Positions 46,904 to 56,288 of a stretch of DNA of 64,000 bases are shown piece after piece. The number at the start of each line of letters is the position of its first letter. The stretch's first letter is position 1. The translations under genes were made by a program, and so were the position numbers. The notes under the pieces are model-generated. The model saw nothing but the letters and a program-made list of their open reading frames with translations, was not told where the DNA came from and searched no databases. Location: positions 416,001-480,000 of the forward strand of contig CBDCXV010000001.1 of the NCBI GenBank assembly GCA_965223905.1, given 5' to 3'. This DNA comes from Candidatus Latescibacterota bacterium (GTDB taxonomy: Bacteria; Latescibacterota; UBA2968; UBA8231).

Positions 46904-48332
46904 CCTCGTCTGCATCGGCAGCGGTCCGGCCGGCCAGCGGGCGGCCATCCAGGCCTCCAAGCTGGGCAAGAAGGTGGCCGTGGTCGAAAGGCAGCAGATG
47001 ATCGGCGGCGTCTGCATCGAGTCGGGCACCATTCCTTCCAAGACCTTCCGCGAGGCGGTGCAGCGCGGCTATTCCCGTCCGGGCCTGGAGGCATCCGAGC
47101 AGTTCCGGCCCCGCTATCGCCCCACCATGCACCAGCTGATCGGCCACGTGGAGCGCGTCATCGAGCGCGAGATCTTCGTCGTCCAGGAGAACCTGTCGCG
47201 CAACGACATCCAAGTCGTGCGCGGGATCGCCTCGTTCCTCGACGGGCACACCTTGCAGGTGGAGGGCGTCGAGGGGCGCCGCAGGCTGTCGACGGACAAG
47301 GTGCTGATCGCCGTGGGCACGCGCCCCAGCGATCCACCAGGTCTCAAGGCGGACAACCAGACCATCATGAACTCGGACTGCCTCCTCGACCTGGAGAAGA
47401 TGCCGCGCAGCATCGCCGTGGTCGGGGCCGGGGTCATCGGCATCGAGTACGCCTCGATGTTCGCCGCACTGGGGGTACAGGTGACGGTGATCGACCGGCG
47501 TCCCAGGCCGCTGGAGTTCCTCGACCACGAGATCGTCGACGAGCTCATCCACCAGATGCGCAAGGCGGACGTCACCTTCCGCTGCGGCGAAGCGGTGGAG
47601 CGCATCGAGGTGGTCGAGGTTCCCCAGCGCAAGGGTCTCATCGAGCTCGAGTCCGGCAAGCACATCGTCGCCGACGTGGTGCTGTTCTCCGCCGGCCGCA
47701 TCGGTTCGACCGAGGACCTCAATCTCGAATCGGTCGGCCTGCAGGCGGACGAGCGCGGCCGCCTGAAGGTCGACGAGCATCACCGCACGGCGACGGAGAA
47801 CATCTACGCAGCCGGCGACGTCATCGGTTTCCCCGCGCTGGCCGCCACCTCCAGCGAGCAGGGACGCCTCGCCGCCTGCCACATGTTCGGGGTCGAGGCG
47901 CAGCCGATGGGCAGCCACTTCCCGGTCGGGATCTACGCCATCCCGGAAATCTCCATGGTGGGGGCGACCGAGGAGGAGCTCACCCGGGACCGCGTGCCCT
48001 ACGAGACCGGCATCGCCCATTACAAGGAGATCTCGCGCGGGCAGATTCTCGGCGACGATTCGGGAATGGTGAAGCTGATCTTCCACCGCGAGGACGGGCG
48101 CCTTCTCGGGGCCCACTGCATCGGTTCGGGGGCCACCGAGCTGGTCCACGTGGGCCAGGCGGTGCTGGGTCTGGGGGGCGGCCTCGACTACTTCATCCGC
48201 ACGGTCTTCAACTATCCCACACTGGCGGAGTGCTACAAGGTGGCGGCCTTCAACGCGGCCAACAAGCTCTCCCTCGTGCGCAGCGCCGTCATGACCCAGG
48301 AGACGGCGACGGCCGCGGCCCTGGATGTCTGA
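46878..48332 (+). CDS. sthA: Soluble (Si-specific) NAD(P)+ transhydrogenase
   Basis: GSGPAG, GGVCIESGTIPSKT (single Cys), GAGVIGIEYAS, GIYAIPEIS and FNYPTLAECYKVAA. Confidence 0.93.
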   Translation: MTANSYTYDLVCIGSGPAGQRAAIQASKLGKKVAVVERQQMIGGVCIESGTIPSKTFREAVQRGYSRPGLEASEQFRPRYRPTMHQLIGHVERVIEREIFVVQENLSRNDIQVVRGIASFLDGHTLQVEGVEGRRRLSTDKVLIAVGTRPSDPPGLKADNQTIMNSDCLLDLEKMPRSIAVVGAGVIGIEYASMFAALGVQVTVIDRRPRPLEFLDHEIVDELIHQMRKADVTFRCGEAVERIEVVEVPQRKGLIELESGKHIVADVVLFSAGRIGSTEDLNLESVGLQADERGRLKVDEHHRTATENIYAAGDVIGFPALAATSSEQGRLAACHMFGVEAQPMGSHFPVGIYAIPEISMVGATEEELTRDRVPYETGIAHYKEISRGQILGDDSGMVKLIFHREDGRLLGAHCIGSGATELVHVGQAVLGLGGGLDYFIRTVFNYPTLAECYKVAAFNAANKLSLVRSAVMTQETATAAALDV

Positions 48333-48639
48333 CGGACCCGACGCCGACCCTGGAATCAGCGTTTTGAGCGACGAGCCGATCGACCATCCGATCGACGGCA
48401 CCCTCGACCTGCACACCTTTCTTCCGAGGGACGTCGGTACTCTCGTGCCCGACTACCTCGAGGCCTGCCGCGAGAAGGGGATCTTCGACGTTCGCATCGT
48501 GCACGGGAAAGGCAAGGGGATCCTTCGCGAGAGCGTCCACCGGATCCTGGAGCGCCAACCCGGCGTCGAGTCGTTCCGGCTGGCGGGTGCAGGGGGCGGC
48601 AGCTGGGGAGCCACCCTGGTGCACCTGAGGCGGGAATAG
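48325..48639 (+). CDS. Smr/MutS2 C-terminal domain protein
   Basis: LDLHTF, IVHGKGKGILR and GGSWGAT. Confidence 0.92.
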   Translation: MSDGPDADPGISVLSDEPIDHPIDGTLDLHTFLPRDVGTLVPDYLEACREKGIFDVRIVHGKGKGILRESVHRILERQPGVESFRLAGAGGGSWGATLVHLRRE

Positions 48640-48761
48640 GGAAAGGGAAAGGGGCGGCAGGGGAAAGGGCGTCCCGTTTGGCAGGCGCCAAGGGCCCGGG
48701 TTAGCTTGTGCAGCCAGGGATTTCGGGTACCAAAGAACCCCCTTCCACGGGCTTCGGAGCG

Positions 48762-49955
48762 ATGAGCGACAGGATAGAACAACTGATTCAGGCAGCCCTT
48801 CCCGGGCTGACGCAGCTGCGCCACGACCTTCACGAACACCCGGAGCTCGGCTACGAGGAGGAGCGCACCGCGGCCCGCATTCTCAGCGAGCTGCGGGAGC
48901 TTCCCGGACTGAGCATTCGCACCGGCGTGGCGGAGACCGGCCTGGTCGCCACCCTCGGTGCGGACAAGCCTGGGCGGTGCGTCGCCCTGCGGGCCGACAT
49001 GGACGCGCTGCCGATACAGGAGCAATCGGACAGGAGCTACGCATCCAAGGTGCCGGGCAAGATGCACGCCTGCGGCCACGACGGCCACGTGACCTGCCTG
49101 GTGGGCGCGGCGCGCGTGCTGACAGCGCTGGCCGACGAGCTGCCCGGTCCCGTGAAGTTCGTCTTTCAGCCGGCCGAGGAAGGGGGCGCCGGCGGCCGCC
49201 GCATGTGTGAAGAGGGAGTCCTCGCCGATCCCGAGGTGACGGCGATCTTCGGCCTTCACGGCTGGCCCACACTGAAGATCGGCGAGATCGCCCTGCGGCC
49301 CGGACCCGTCCTGGCGAGCTCCGACAAGATGGAGATCACCGTCCGCGGCCGGGGCGCTCACGCCGCCTTCCCGCACCAGGGCATCGACCCCATCGTCATC
49401 GCCTCCCACGTGATCGTCGCCCTGCAGACGATCGTCTCGCGGACCACGGATCCCCTCGACTCCGCGGTCGTCACCGTCGCCCGCGTCAGCGGCGGTACGG
49501 GCTTCAACATCATCCCGCCGCAGGTGGAGCTGGCCGGCACCGTGCGCAGCCTGAATTCGGCGACGCGCCAGAGGATCCACCGCCGCATCGCCGAGGTCGC
49601 CGAGGGCACCGCTTCCGCCCTGGGGGGAGCCGCCGAGGTGGAGATCTTCGACGGTTACCCGGTGCTCGAGAACGATCCGGTGGCCACCGAGGTCGTCGAG
49701 CGGACCGTCGCTGCCGCCGGCGCCGGCATTTCCTCCCTGCGGATGGACCCGGTTATGGGGGGCGAGGACTTCGCCTTCTACGCGCAGCGGATTCCGGCCG
49801 CCTTCTACGCTCTCGGAGTCTGTCCGGCCGGGGTGGACCAGTACCCGCACCTGCACCAGCCGAACTACGATTTTTCCGACGGGGCGATTCCTTGCGGGGT
49901 GCGCATGCACGTGGAGGTCGCGCGCCGTTTCTGGGACAACTGGCCAGGCAGCTGA
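48762..49955 (+). CDS. M20 family amidohydrolase
   Basis: HEHPELGYEE, RADMDALP, MHACGHDGH, FQPAEEG, EDF and LHQP. Confidence 0.94.
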   Translation: MSDRIEQLIQAALPGLTQLRHDLHEHPELGYEEERTAARILSELRELPGLSIRTGVAETGLVATLGADKPGRCVALRADMDALPIQEQSDRSYASKVPGKMHACGHDGHVTCLVGAARVLTALADELPGPVKFVFQPAEEGGAGGRRMCEEGVLADPEVTAIFGLHGWPTLKIGEIALRPGPVLASSDKMEITVRGRGAHAAFPHQGIDPIVIASHVIVALQTIVSRTTDPLDSAVVTVARVSGGTGFNIIPPQVELAGTVRSLNSATRQRIHRRIAEVAEGTASALGGAAEVEIFDGYPVLENDPVATEVVERTVAAAGAGISSLRMDPVMGGEDFAFYAQRIPAAFYALGVCPAGVDQYPHLHQPNYDFSDGAIPCGVRMHVEVARRFWDNWPGS

Positions 49956-49993
49956 AGCGGTTCGGCCTCCAAGCACCCACCCACGGCACGGCG

Positions 49994-50689
49994 ATGGAAC
50001 CATTACTCACCCCCGAGGAACTGCGCGTTCTCGGCTGCCTCATCGAAAAGGGGATCACCACCCCGGACTACTACCCGATGACCCTGAACGCCCTGACCGC
50101 GGCCTGCAACCAGAAGTCCAACCGCGATCCGGTGGTTCAGTACAACGAGAAGACGGTGGTGCGGACGCTCGATTCGCTGCGGGACAAGGAGCTGGTGCGC
50201 GTCGTCAGCGGACACGACACGCGGGTCCCCAAGTACTATCACCGGTTCACCGACGTCCGGGGGTTCTCCGAGCCGGAGGTGGCGGTGCTCTGCGAGCTGA
50301 TGCTGCGCGGGCCGCAGACGCCCGGCGAGCTGCGCAACCGCGGCAGCCGCATGCACCCCTTCGAGAACCTCGCGGAGGTGGAGGCGGCGCTCGAATCGCT
50401 GGCGAACCGGGAGGCCGGCGCCGCGGTCGTCAGGCTGCCCCGTCAACCCGGGTTCAAGGAGTCCCGCTTCGCCCACCTGCTCGGGGGTCCCCCCGAGATC
50501 GAGGAGCCTTCCGGCGACGGCTCGCCCGCTCCCGGAGAATCGGGCGGCGTTAAACCGGAAGCGGCGCGCCTGGCAGTGGCCGCGGAAAACGAGCGCCTGG
50601 ACCGACTCGAAACGACGGTGGCCGAGATGGCGGAGGGGATCGCTTCTCTGCGCGCCGAGCTCGAGGAGTTCAAGCGGCAGTTCGAATAG
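49994..50689 (+). CDS. YceH/DUF480 family protein
   Basis: RVLGCLIEK..TTPDYYPMTLNAL..ACNQKSNRDPV and LRGPQTPGELR. Confidence 0.93.
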   Translation: MEPLLTPEELRVLGCLIEKGITTPDYYPMTLNALTAACNQKSNRDPVVQYNEKTVVRTLDSLRDKELVRVVSGHDTRVPKYYHRFTDVRGFSEPEVAVLCELMLRGPQTPGELRNRGSRMHPFENLAEVEAALESLANREAGAAVVRLPRQPGFKESRFAHLLGGPPEIEEPSGDGSPAPGESGGVKPEAARLAVAAENERLDRLETTVAEMAEGIASLRAELEEFKRQFE

Positions 50690-50882
50690 GCAGCCTGCCC
50701 TGCCGGAATTACAGCATCCGGTTAACGGCACCGTCCGTGGTCTGTCTTGATGTTCCCCCCGCTTTGCCAGGGAGTACAGGACCGGACCGCGCTGCGAAGC
50801 AATCGTTCCCCCCCGAAGGGAACGCCGTTCTACCGGGGGCCCTTGGTGGGGGTTCGATGGAAAGCGGGGCGGTTCTTCCGGC

Positions 50883-51561
50883 TCAGTTCTGGCGTGAAAA
50901 GCTTAATCCCATACCCCAGTGGAAGTAGTAGTTCCCCCCCGGGTCCGTGAAGAGTCCGATTTCGGGATGAACCGTCATCCCCGCTGTCTCTTCGTCGGCC
51001 AATGAGAATCCGATGTTGATCCCCGTGAAATGATCCGCAGGTTCGTCAAGGGGGACGATGCCCTTCAATGCCAGGTTGAGCAGCTGCTTGGAGTTTCCGA
51101 AAGGGATGCTCGCGATGAAAGCAGGGTGAATCTGAATCGACTCCATCGAATCGATGTTTTCGCCGAAGAAAAATCCTGTCGGCAACAAAAAGGCCAATCG
51201 ATCTCTTACAATTGGGATCTTGGGATCGAAGGAAAGGAACTGGTATCCATCCTCGAGACTGATTCGGCTGATCCTGTATCCCATCTCCCACTTTTTCCAG
51301 GCCGTAACGGATTTGCAGATCCGCGACCGAGAACCTGTCGGTATAATCCAGATCGCGGCCGTCGATGGTGGCCAGGCGGCTAAGGCTTGGAGTTATCGAA
51401 CCATGCCCAGGGGGCAGCATTCGCGCCGATTGGAACAGGGAGAACGAATAGCATCCGGACATGTTGAGCGCGAGCGCCAGGGCTCCTGCGCAGAGAATGA
51501 GTCTTCCGGTTTTCACTTTCTTAACGGGAAGCTGATGTCCTGTCCCATCAATATCCTGCAT
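50883..51561 (-). CDS. Hypothetical outer-membrane protein or lipoprotein, frameshifted at about 51294
   Basis: Lipobox-like MSGC then FQSARML. Removing one base from the 5-nt run at 51292-51296 joins the two ORFs (LEKWEMGYRISR). Ends in an amphipathic strand, WGMGLSF. Confidence 0.6.
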
Positions 51562-51673
51562 TTCTTCCGCCAATCCATCCCGCCTCGCCGTGTTGCCTTC
51601 GCTCACCATTACACCCTCGGTACGACTCGCTCAGGCGCCTTCCGGGACAGGACACAGGGTTCGTGTTTCAGTT

Positions 51674-52882
51674 TCAATAGAGCAACCGCATGCCGAATGA
51701 GTGGACATATTTTTTGGTGTGGAAGGGAGCATCAGTCCAAAACCGGATCGGCGAATAGTGGAAAAGGATCTCGCCGGGAAACAGCCCCACCCGCCTTGGC
51801 GAAAGATTGATTCCCAACCCATAGCGATTGAAGAATCGGTATTGATCCGCGAATCCGTGGATCCAGCCGGTTCGCAGGGACAGCCAATCGTACAGGATGA
51901 GCTCAAAACCGAACCCTGCAAAATCGTCGTCATCAGACAAGGGAGATTCGAAACTCGATTTTTTGCCAGGATTGAGAAATCGCCGGTACTCCCCGGTAAC
52001 TACGAACCGAAGCGGAGGTGTGCCTTCCTCGGAAGGGCGGATGAGGTCGTACTTAAACCCTGTCCGAAGGTAAATCGGAAAAACGGCGTCGTACTCCGAT
52101 TCCCCATCCGGGGTTATGGATTTATTGGGATGTCCCGGGGACAGGTTTTGCAACGCCATGCCGAAGGAAAAGCCGGCGGGGTTCTCCGCGGTGCCTCCAG
52201 TGTGGTAGATCAGGCCTAAATCGAGAGCCGGGGCATACGTGGATTCGAAATTGTAGCCGGAAGGATAGCCGGAATAGGGGATAAAATACCTGTTGAACAG
52301 CTTGAGAACGGAACCTGCTCCGATCCTTCCCCAGGAGGTGGCGTATGCCAGGGAAAAAGTCTGGCCGTATCCCCGGGCATCGCTGGTCGTGCCTTCCTCC
52401 ATCCTGTTGAAGGAAAACCCGAACTTGCCTAGGCGAGTGGGTGAAACCATTCCGAAGGACCATGAATAAAGACCGTCAATATCCAGGTCATCATCGTCGA
52501 TCCAGTCGTAGGACCTGTAGCCGTAAAAGATTTCCGACCGCGAAACGGAAGCCAGGGTTGCGGGATTGGAGCTGAACGCCGCGGTGGAGTTTCCCGCATC
52601 TGCGACGGTGGACTCCCCCATCGCGATGCTTCGCGGGTCCGTCACGATATCGAAGGAGTTGAAGTCCGGAGTATATACCGGGTCCGGATAACAGTGAGTG
52701 CTTGTGAGACCTGAAATAACAGCGACGAGTGTCAGTTTATTGATTTGAGTGAATCTCCTGTGGGGAAATACAGGGTGGCGAACGGCCTGCTTGCCAGGAA
52801 AGTGGATCGGGAAAAAAATTCGCACCCCGGTCTGGATCGGCAGGCGAGTTCCTTTCCGGTTTCGTCGCGCAAGCATATACAT
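51674..52882 (-). CDS. PorV/PorQ (UPF0164)-like outer-membrane beta-barrel protein
   Basis: PRSIAMGE...SNPATLA, DLGLIY, GMALQNL and SLRTG. The true start is probably downstream of 52882. Confidence 0.72.
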   Translation of the reverse strand: MYMLARRNRKGTRLPIQTGVRIFFPIHFPGKQAVRHPVFPHRRFTQINKLTLVAVISGLTSTHCYPDPVYTPDFNSFDIVTDPRSIAMGESTVADAGNSTAAFSSNPATLASVSRSEIFYGYRSYDWIDDDDLDIDGLYSWSFGMVSPTRLGKFGFSFNRMEEGTTSDARGYGQTFSLAYATSWGRIGAGSVLKLFNRYFIPYSGYPSGYNFESTYAPALDLGLIYHTGGTAENPAGFSFGMALQNLSPGHPNKSITPDGESEYDAVFPIYLRTGFKYDLIRPSEEGTPPLRFVVTGEYRRFLNPGKKSSFESPLSDDDDFAGFGFELILYDWLSLRTGWIHGFADQYRFFNRYGLGINLSPRRVGLFPGEILFHYSPIRFWTDAPFHTKKYVHSFGMRLLY

Positions 52883-53032
52883 GCATATGCGTCCTGAAAA
52901 GGGCGCCTGCCCTTCTCATCCGGTTCCGGGATACCCTTCGTTTGCCGGAATCCCGGCCAGGAACTATTGTGACCGTCTGTTCGTCGCACAGACAGGTGGC
53001 TTTCCTGAAACAACGACACCAGATCCGAAACC

Positions 53033-53281
53033 ATGCCGAAAATCATCGCCTACCTGAATCCGGCCTGCCCCTGGGCGCGCGGAGTAGTCGATCTGCTCGA
53101 GCGCAACAGCCTCGAGTACGAGTATCGCGATATCATCGGGAACCCCGGCGACTACCGGGAGATGGTGGCCAAGAGCGGCCAGCACTCCTCTCCCTGCGTC
53201 GAGGTCGACGGACAGATGCTCGCCGACGTCGGGGAAGACGAGGTCGCCAGCTGCCTGAAGGAACGCGGCCTGATCGAGTAG
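53033..53281 (+). CDS. Glutaredoxin-like protein
   Basis: CPWA monothiol-like site and SGQHSSPCVEVDG. Confidence 0.85.
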   Translation: MPKIIAYLNPACPWARGVVDLLERNSLEYEYRDIIGNPGDYREMVAKSGQHSSPCVEVDGQMLADVGEDEVASCLKERGLIE

Positions 53282-53350
53282 CGCCGCCGCTGGCCGCCAG
53301 CTCCCCGCAAAGACCAGATACAGAGCCGCGGCCGGGGGCCGCCAGCCGGA

Positions 53351-55831
53351 CTAGCGGCGCGCGTGGTGGGAAGCCTCGGGAGCCTGGTAGGTTACCGACA
53401 GGTGCGGCGTTTCGAGCCGGGCGTTGTTCTGCGACCGGGACACGAGACAGCTTTCCTGGATTCCGTTGACGATCAGGGTGCGCTCCGCGGGAAACGCCGC
53501 TTTTCCGGTGACGATCGTCTCGACGATTTTCGCCACCAGCGAGGCTGAGTAGGTGACCGGCGGGGTCGGGGTGAGGAAGATCTGGGTCGACACCGGACGC
53601 TCCTCAGCGCTCAGCCTCGCGGCGAAGCAGTAGTCCCTGACTGCGCCGTTGAGCATCAGCAGCGTCGCCCGCAGGCCGTCGCGGAACTCGATCAGGTAGG
53701 CCGCCGGTTCCTCGGCGAGTCCCTTGACGTCGCCGCTGCCGACGAGGTCGTGCGTGCGTGCGTCTTCCAGCGTCGGGCCGCACGGCGAATCGGACCGCGA
53801 CAGCGCCGCCTCGAGCAGCTCCCACGACCAGAGGCGGTCGTCGCCTGCCTTCCAGACCGCGTCTCCGTCGAGCAGCTGCACCGCGGCGACCCCGGTCTCT
53901 CCGCCCCGGCGCCGCTCGATCATGCACTGCATCGTCTCGAGGGCGTGGTAGTCCATGGCGTCGGAGCCGCCGACGCCGACCATGAGGGCCTCCTCGATTT
54001 CGCAGCCGTGCGGCAGCTCGACGTCCGGCAGCCGCCAGGTGACCGGCAGCGACGATCCCGCTATGACGGGGAAGCCGAGGCGGTGCCCGTCGGCGACCAT
54101 CTCGCTCGCTTTTTCGAAGCTGTACGACAGGTGCTTGTCGTTGTAAACCGGCACCGCCCTTCCGTCCTCCTCGAACACCTCGACGCACTGCTTGAAGAAC
54201 TCGTAGCGCGGGTACTGCTTCTGCCCGAGCTCGTTGACGGGGTACTCGCCGTGCTCGCCGATGATGACGACGGCGTCGACGGCGAGCCGCTCTCCCCCGC
54301 ACCGGAGCGCTCCGGCGATGGTCGGATGGACGCTGAAACCGAACTCGCGGGCGCGGTCCTCGCTCTGGTCCCCTTCGGGCCGCTGGTCGACGTACATCGA
54401 CACCACCTGCATGTTGGGCCGGTGCCACGATCCCTCGTAGGCATAGCCGACCATGAAGCGGTCGCCGAAGTGCTGGCCGTGGGAGAGGTAACGGTAGATG
54501 CTGGCGATGATGGCGACGCGGACCGGCGGTTCCGCGGCGGTGCGGCGGTCGCTGACGATGTCGGCGTGAAGGGGCTGATCGTCGGGCGCCGCGGGGGCTG
54601 CCGGCTGCCCGGGTTCGCTGCCGGGCGCCCCCCAGAAAGTCGATTCCTCCTCCGCCCGGTAGGCGATGTCGAGGTGGGGGGTGTCGATTCTGACCTGTTC
54701 CCGGTGCAGGCTGTCGACGCCGGCAGCGACGAGACCGGTGGTCAGCAGGGTGCGTTCGACCGGGTACGACGGTTTGCCGCTGAGGAACATGCGCTCGACC
54801 TGGTAGCACTGGGGGCTGAAGAAATTGGCCAGGGTCGTGCGCACCGGGGGCATCGGCAGGTACATCTGGGTCGAGAACGGACGCTCGCTGCCCTCGAGCC
54901 GCGCCGCGAAGTTGAAGTCCTGCACCAGGCCGTTGAACAGGATCATCGTGCACCGGAGGCCGTCGAGGTGCTCGTAGTGGTAGGCGACCGGATCCTCGAC
55001 CAGGCGTTTCATCTCGTCGATGGTCGGGAACGGGTTGTTGAAGCCGCTGCGCGCTGGGGTCAGGGTGTGGCTTCGGCAGAGGGCGGTCTCGAACAGGTCG
55101 CGGGACCAGAGCCCGTCGCTGTGCGCCTGCCAGAAACGGTCGCCGCGGAACGCCTCGAGCCAGCGCACTCCGACCTCGCCCCCCTCCCTGCGCTCGACCA
55201 TGCACTGCAGGGTTTCGAGGGCGTGGAAGTCGTAGCTGTCGACGCCGCCGACGGCGACGCAGACCGCTTCCTCGACCCGTGCGCCCAGGGGCAGGTCGAC
55301 CGCTGGTGTGCGCCAGGTGACCGGCAGCGACGAGCCGGCCATGAAGGGGAATCCCATTGCCCGGGAGGTGTCGTACATTTCGCGCGCCCACTCCCAGTTC
55401 CAGGAGAGGTGCTTGTCGTTGAAGACAGGGGCGGTTCTGCCGGTGGTGCGGTAGACGGAGGCGATCTGCCGGAAGAACTCGTAGCGAGGGTAGAGGCGCT
55501 GGCCCTTCTCGTTGGTGCCGTAGGTGCCGTGCTCTCCGATGAGGAGGACGCCGTCGACGGCCAGGTCGCTACCGCCCAGAGTCAGGGCGTCGGCCACGGT
55601 CGGGTAGATGGTCAGGTGCTCGAAGCGGGATTCGCGCTCGCGGCTCAGGTCGGTTTCGGGGAACTGGTCGACGTACAGCGACACCAGATCCATCGCCGGG
55701 CGGTGGTGGCGGCTGCCCCAGCCGTACCCTTCGAGGAAGCGGTCGCAGATGTGCTGGCCATGGGAGTGCCTGCGGTACTCGGTGACGATGCCGGCGATTC
55801 GCGGGCGGGCTCCTTCAGGGGAAGTGGTCAT
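53351..55831 (-). CDS. Uncharacterised protein made of two homologous modules of about 400 aa
   Basis: Both halves contain SHGQH..DRF..GY, YVDQ, LAVD.V..IGEHG.Y, YPRYEFF, NDKHLS, AGSSLPVTWR and HALET.QCM.ERR. Confidence 0.9.
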   Translation of the reverse strand: MTTSPEGARPRIAGIVTEYRRHSHGQHICDRFLEGYGWGSRHHRPAMDLVSLYVDQFPETDLSRERESRFEHLTIYPTVADALTLGGSDLAVDGVLLIGEHGTYGTNEKGQRLYPRYEFFRQIASVYRTTGRTAPVFNDKHLSWNWEWAREMYDTSRAMGFPFMAGSSLPVTWRTPAVDLPLGARVEEAVCVAVGGVDSYDFHALETLQCMVERREGGEVGVRWLEAFRGDRFWQAHSDGLWSRDLFETALCRSHTLTPARSGFNNPFPTIDEMKRLVEDPVAYHYEHLDGLRCTMILFNGLVQDFNFAARLEGSERPFSTQMYLPMPPVRTTLANFFSPQCYQVERMFLSGKPSYPVERTLLTTGLVAAGVDSLHREQVRIDTPHLDIAYRAEEESTFWGAPGSEPGQPAAPAAPDDQPLHADIVSDRRTAAEPPVRVAIIASIYRYLSHGQHFGDRFMVGYAYEGSWHRPNMQVVSMYVDQRPEGDQSEDRAREFGFSVHPTIAGALRCGGERLAVDAVVIIGEHGEYPVNELGQKQYPRYEFFKQCVEVFEEDGRAVPVYNDKHLSYSFEKASEMVADGHRLGFPVIAGSSLPVTWRLPDVELPHGCEIEEALMVGVGGSDAMDYHALETMQCMIERRRGGETGVAAVQLLDGDAVWKAGDDRLWSWELLEAALSRSDSPCGPTLEDARTHDLVGSGDVKGLAEEPAAYLIEFRDGLRATLLMLNGAVRDYCFAARLSAEERPVSTQIFLTPTPPVTYSASLVAKIVETIVTGKAAFPAERTLIVNGIQESCLVSRSQNNARLETPHLSVTYQAPEASHHARR

Positions 55832-56231
55832 TTTTCTCTTTCAGATTTTTCGGTTTGTGAATCGGCGGAGGGACCGCCGTTTGGGGGGGCAGCGGCCGGA
55901 AATGGCCCGGCGGCTGCCCGTGGCGGGAAAAGGTTCCGTGCGTTCGTTGAGAAGCGAGCTACCCTGGGATTTCGAAGGCGGTCCCCCTTGCCGGTCCCCC
56001 AGGCTCTCCCGGAATCCGTGCTATCCTTGAAAAGCCGGCGGACTCCGGCGACGCGTATCAGCTATTTTCATCTCCCGGTTTCGGAAGGGCCGGAAGATAA
56101 TCGGCCGAAGAGCAGGGTCAACGAACCGGTAAGGCGATTTCTACGGCGCGGGAAACCGTCGCCTGTCCGGGCTGCATGATCAGTCACTCACAGTCACCGC
56201 GCCACGGAATCCCGAAGGAACGGAGCATCCG

Positions 56232-56288
56232 ATGACCGTTTACTACAAAGTCTTCCGGCAGACACCCGAAGAAGGAGGCGAGGCATGA
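56232..56288 (+). CDS. Possible 18-aa leader ORF MTVYYKVFRQTPEEGGEA
   Basis: GGAG upstream. Its TGA overlaps the next ATG (ATGA). Confidence 0.35.
   Translation: MTVYYKVFRQTPEEGGEA

Noticed and set aside
50757-50869. ncRNA (SRP or 6S) in the convergent intergenic gap
   Set aside because: An enclosing CCCCGCTTT/AAAGCGGGG repeat and a small hairpin exist, but no family-defining motif was recognised.
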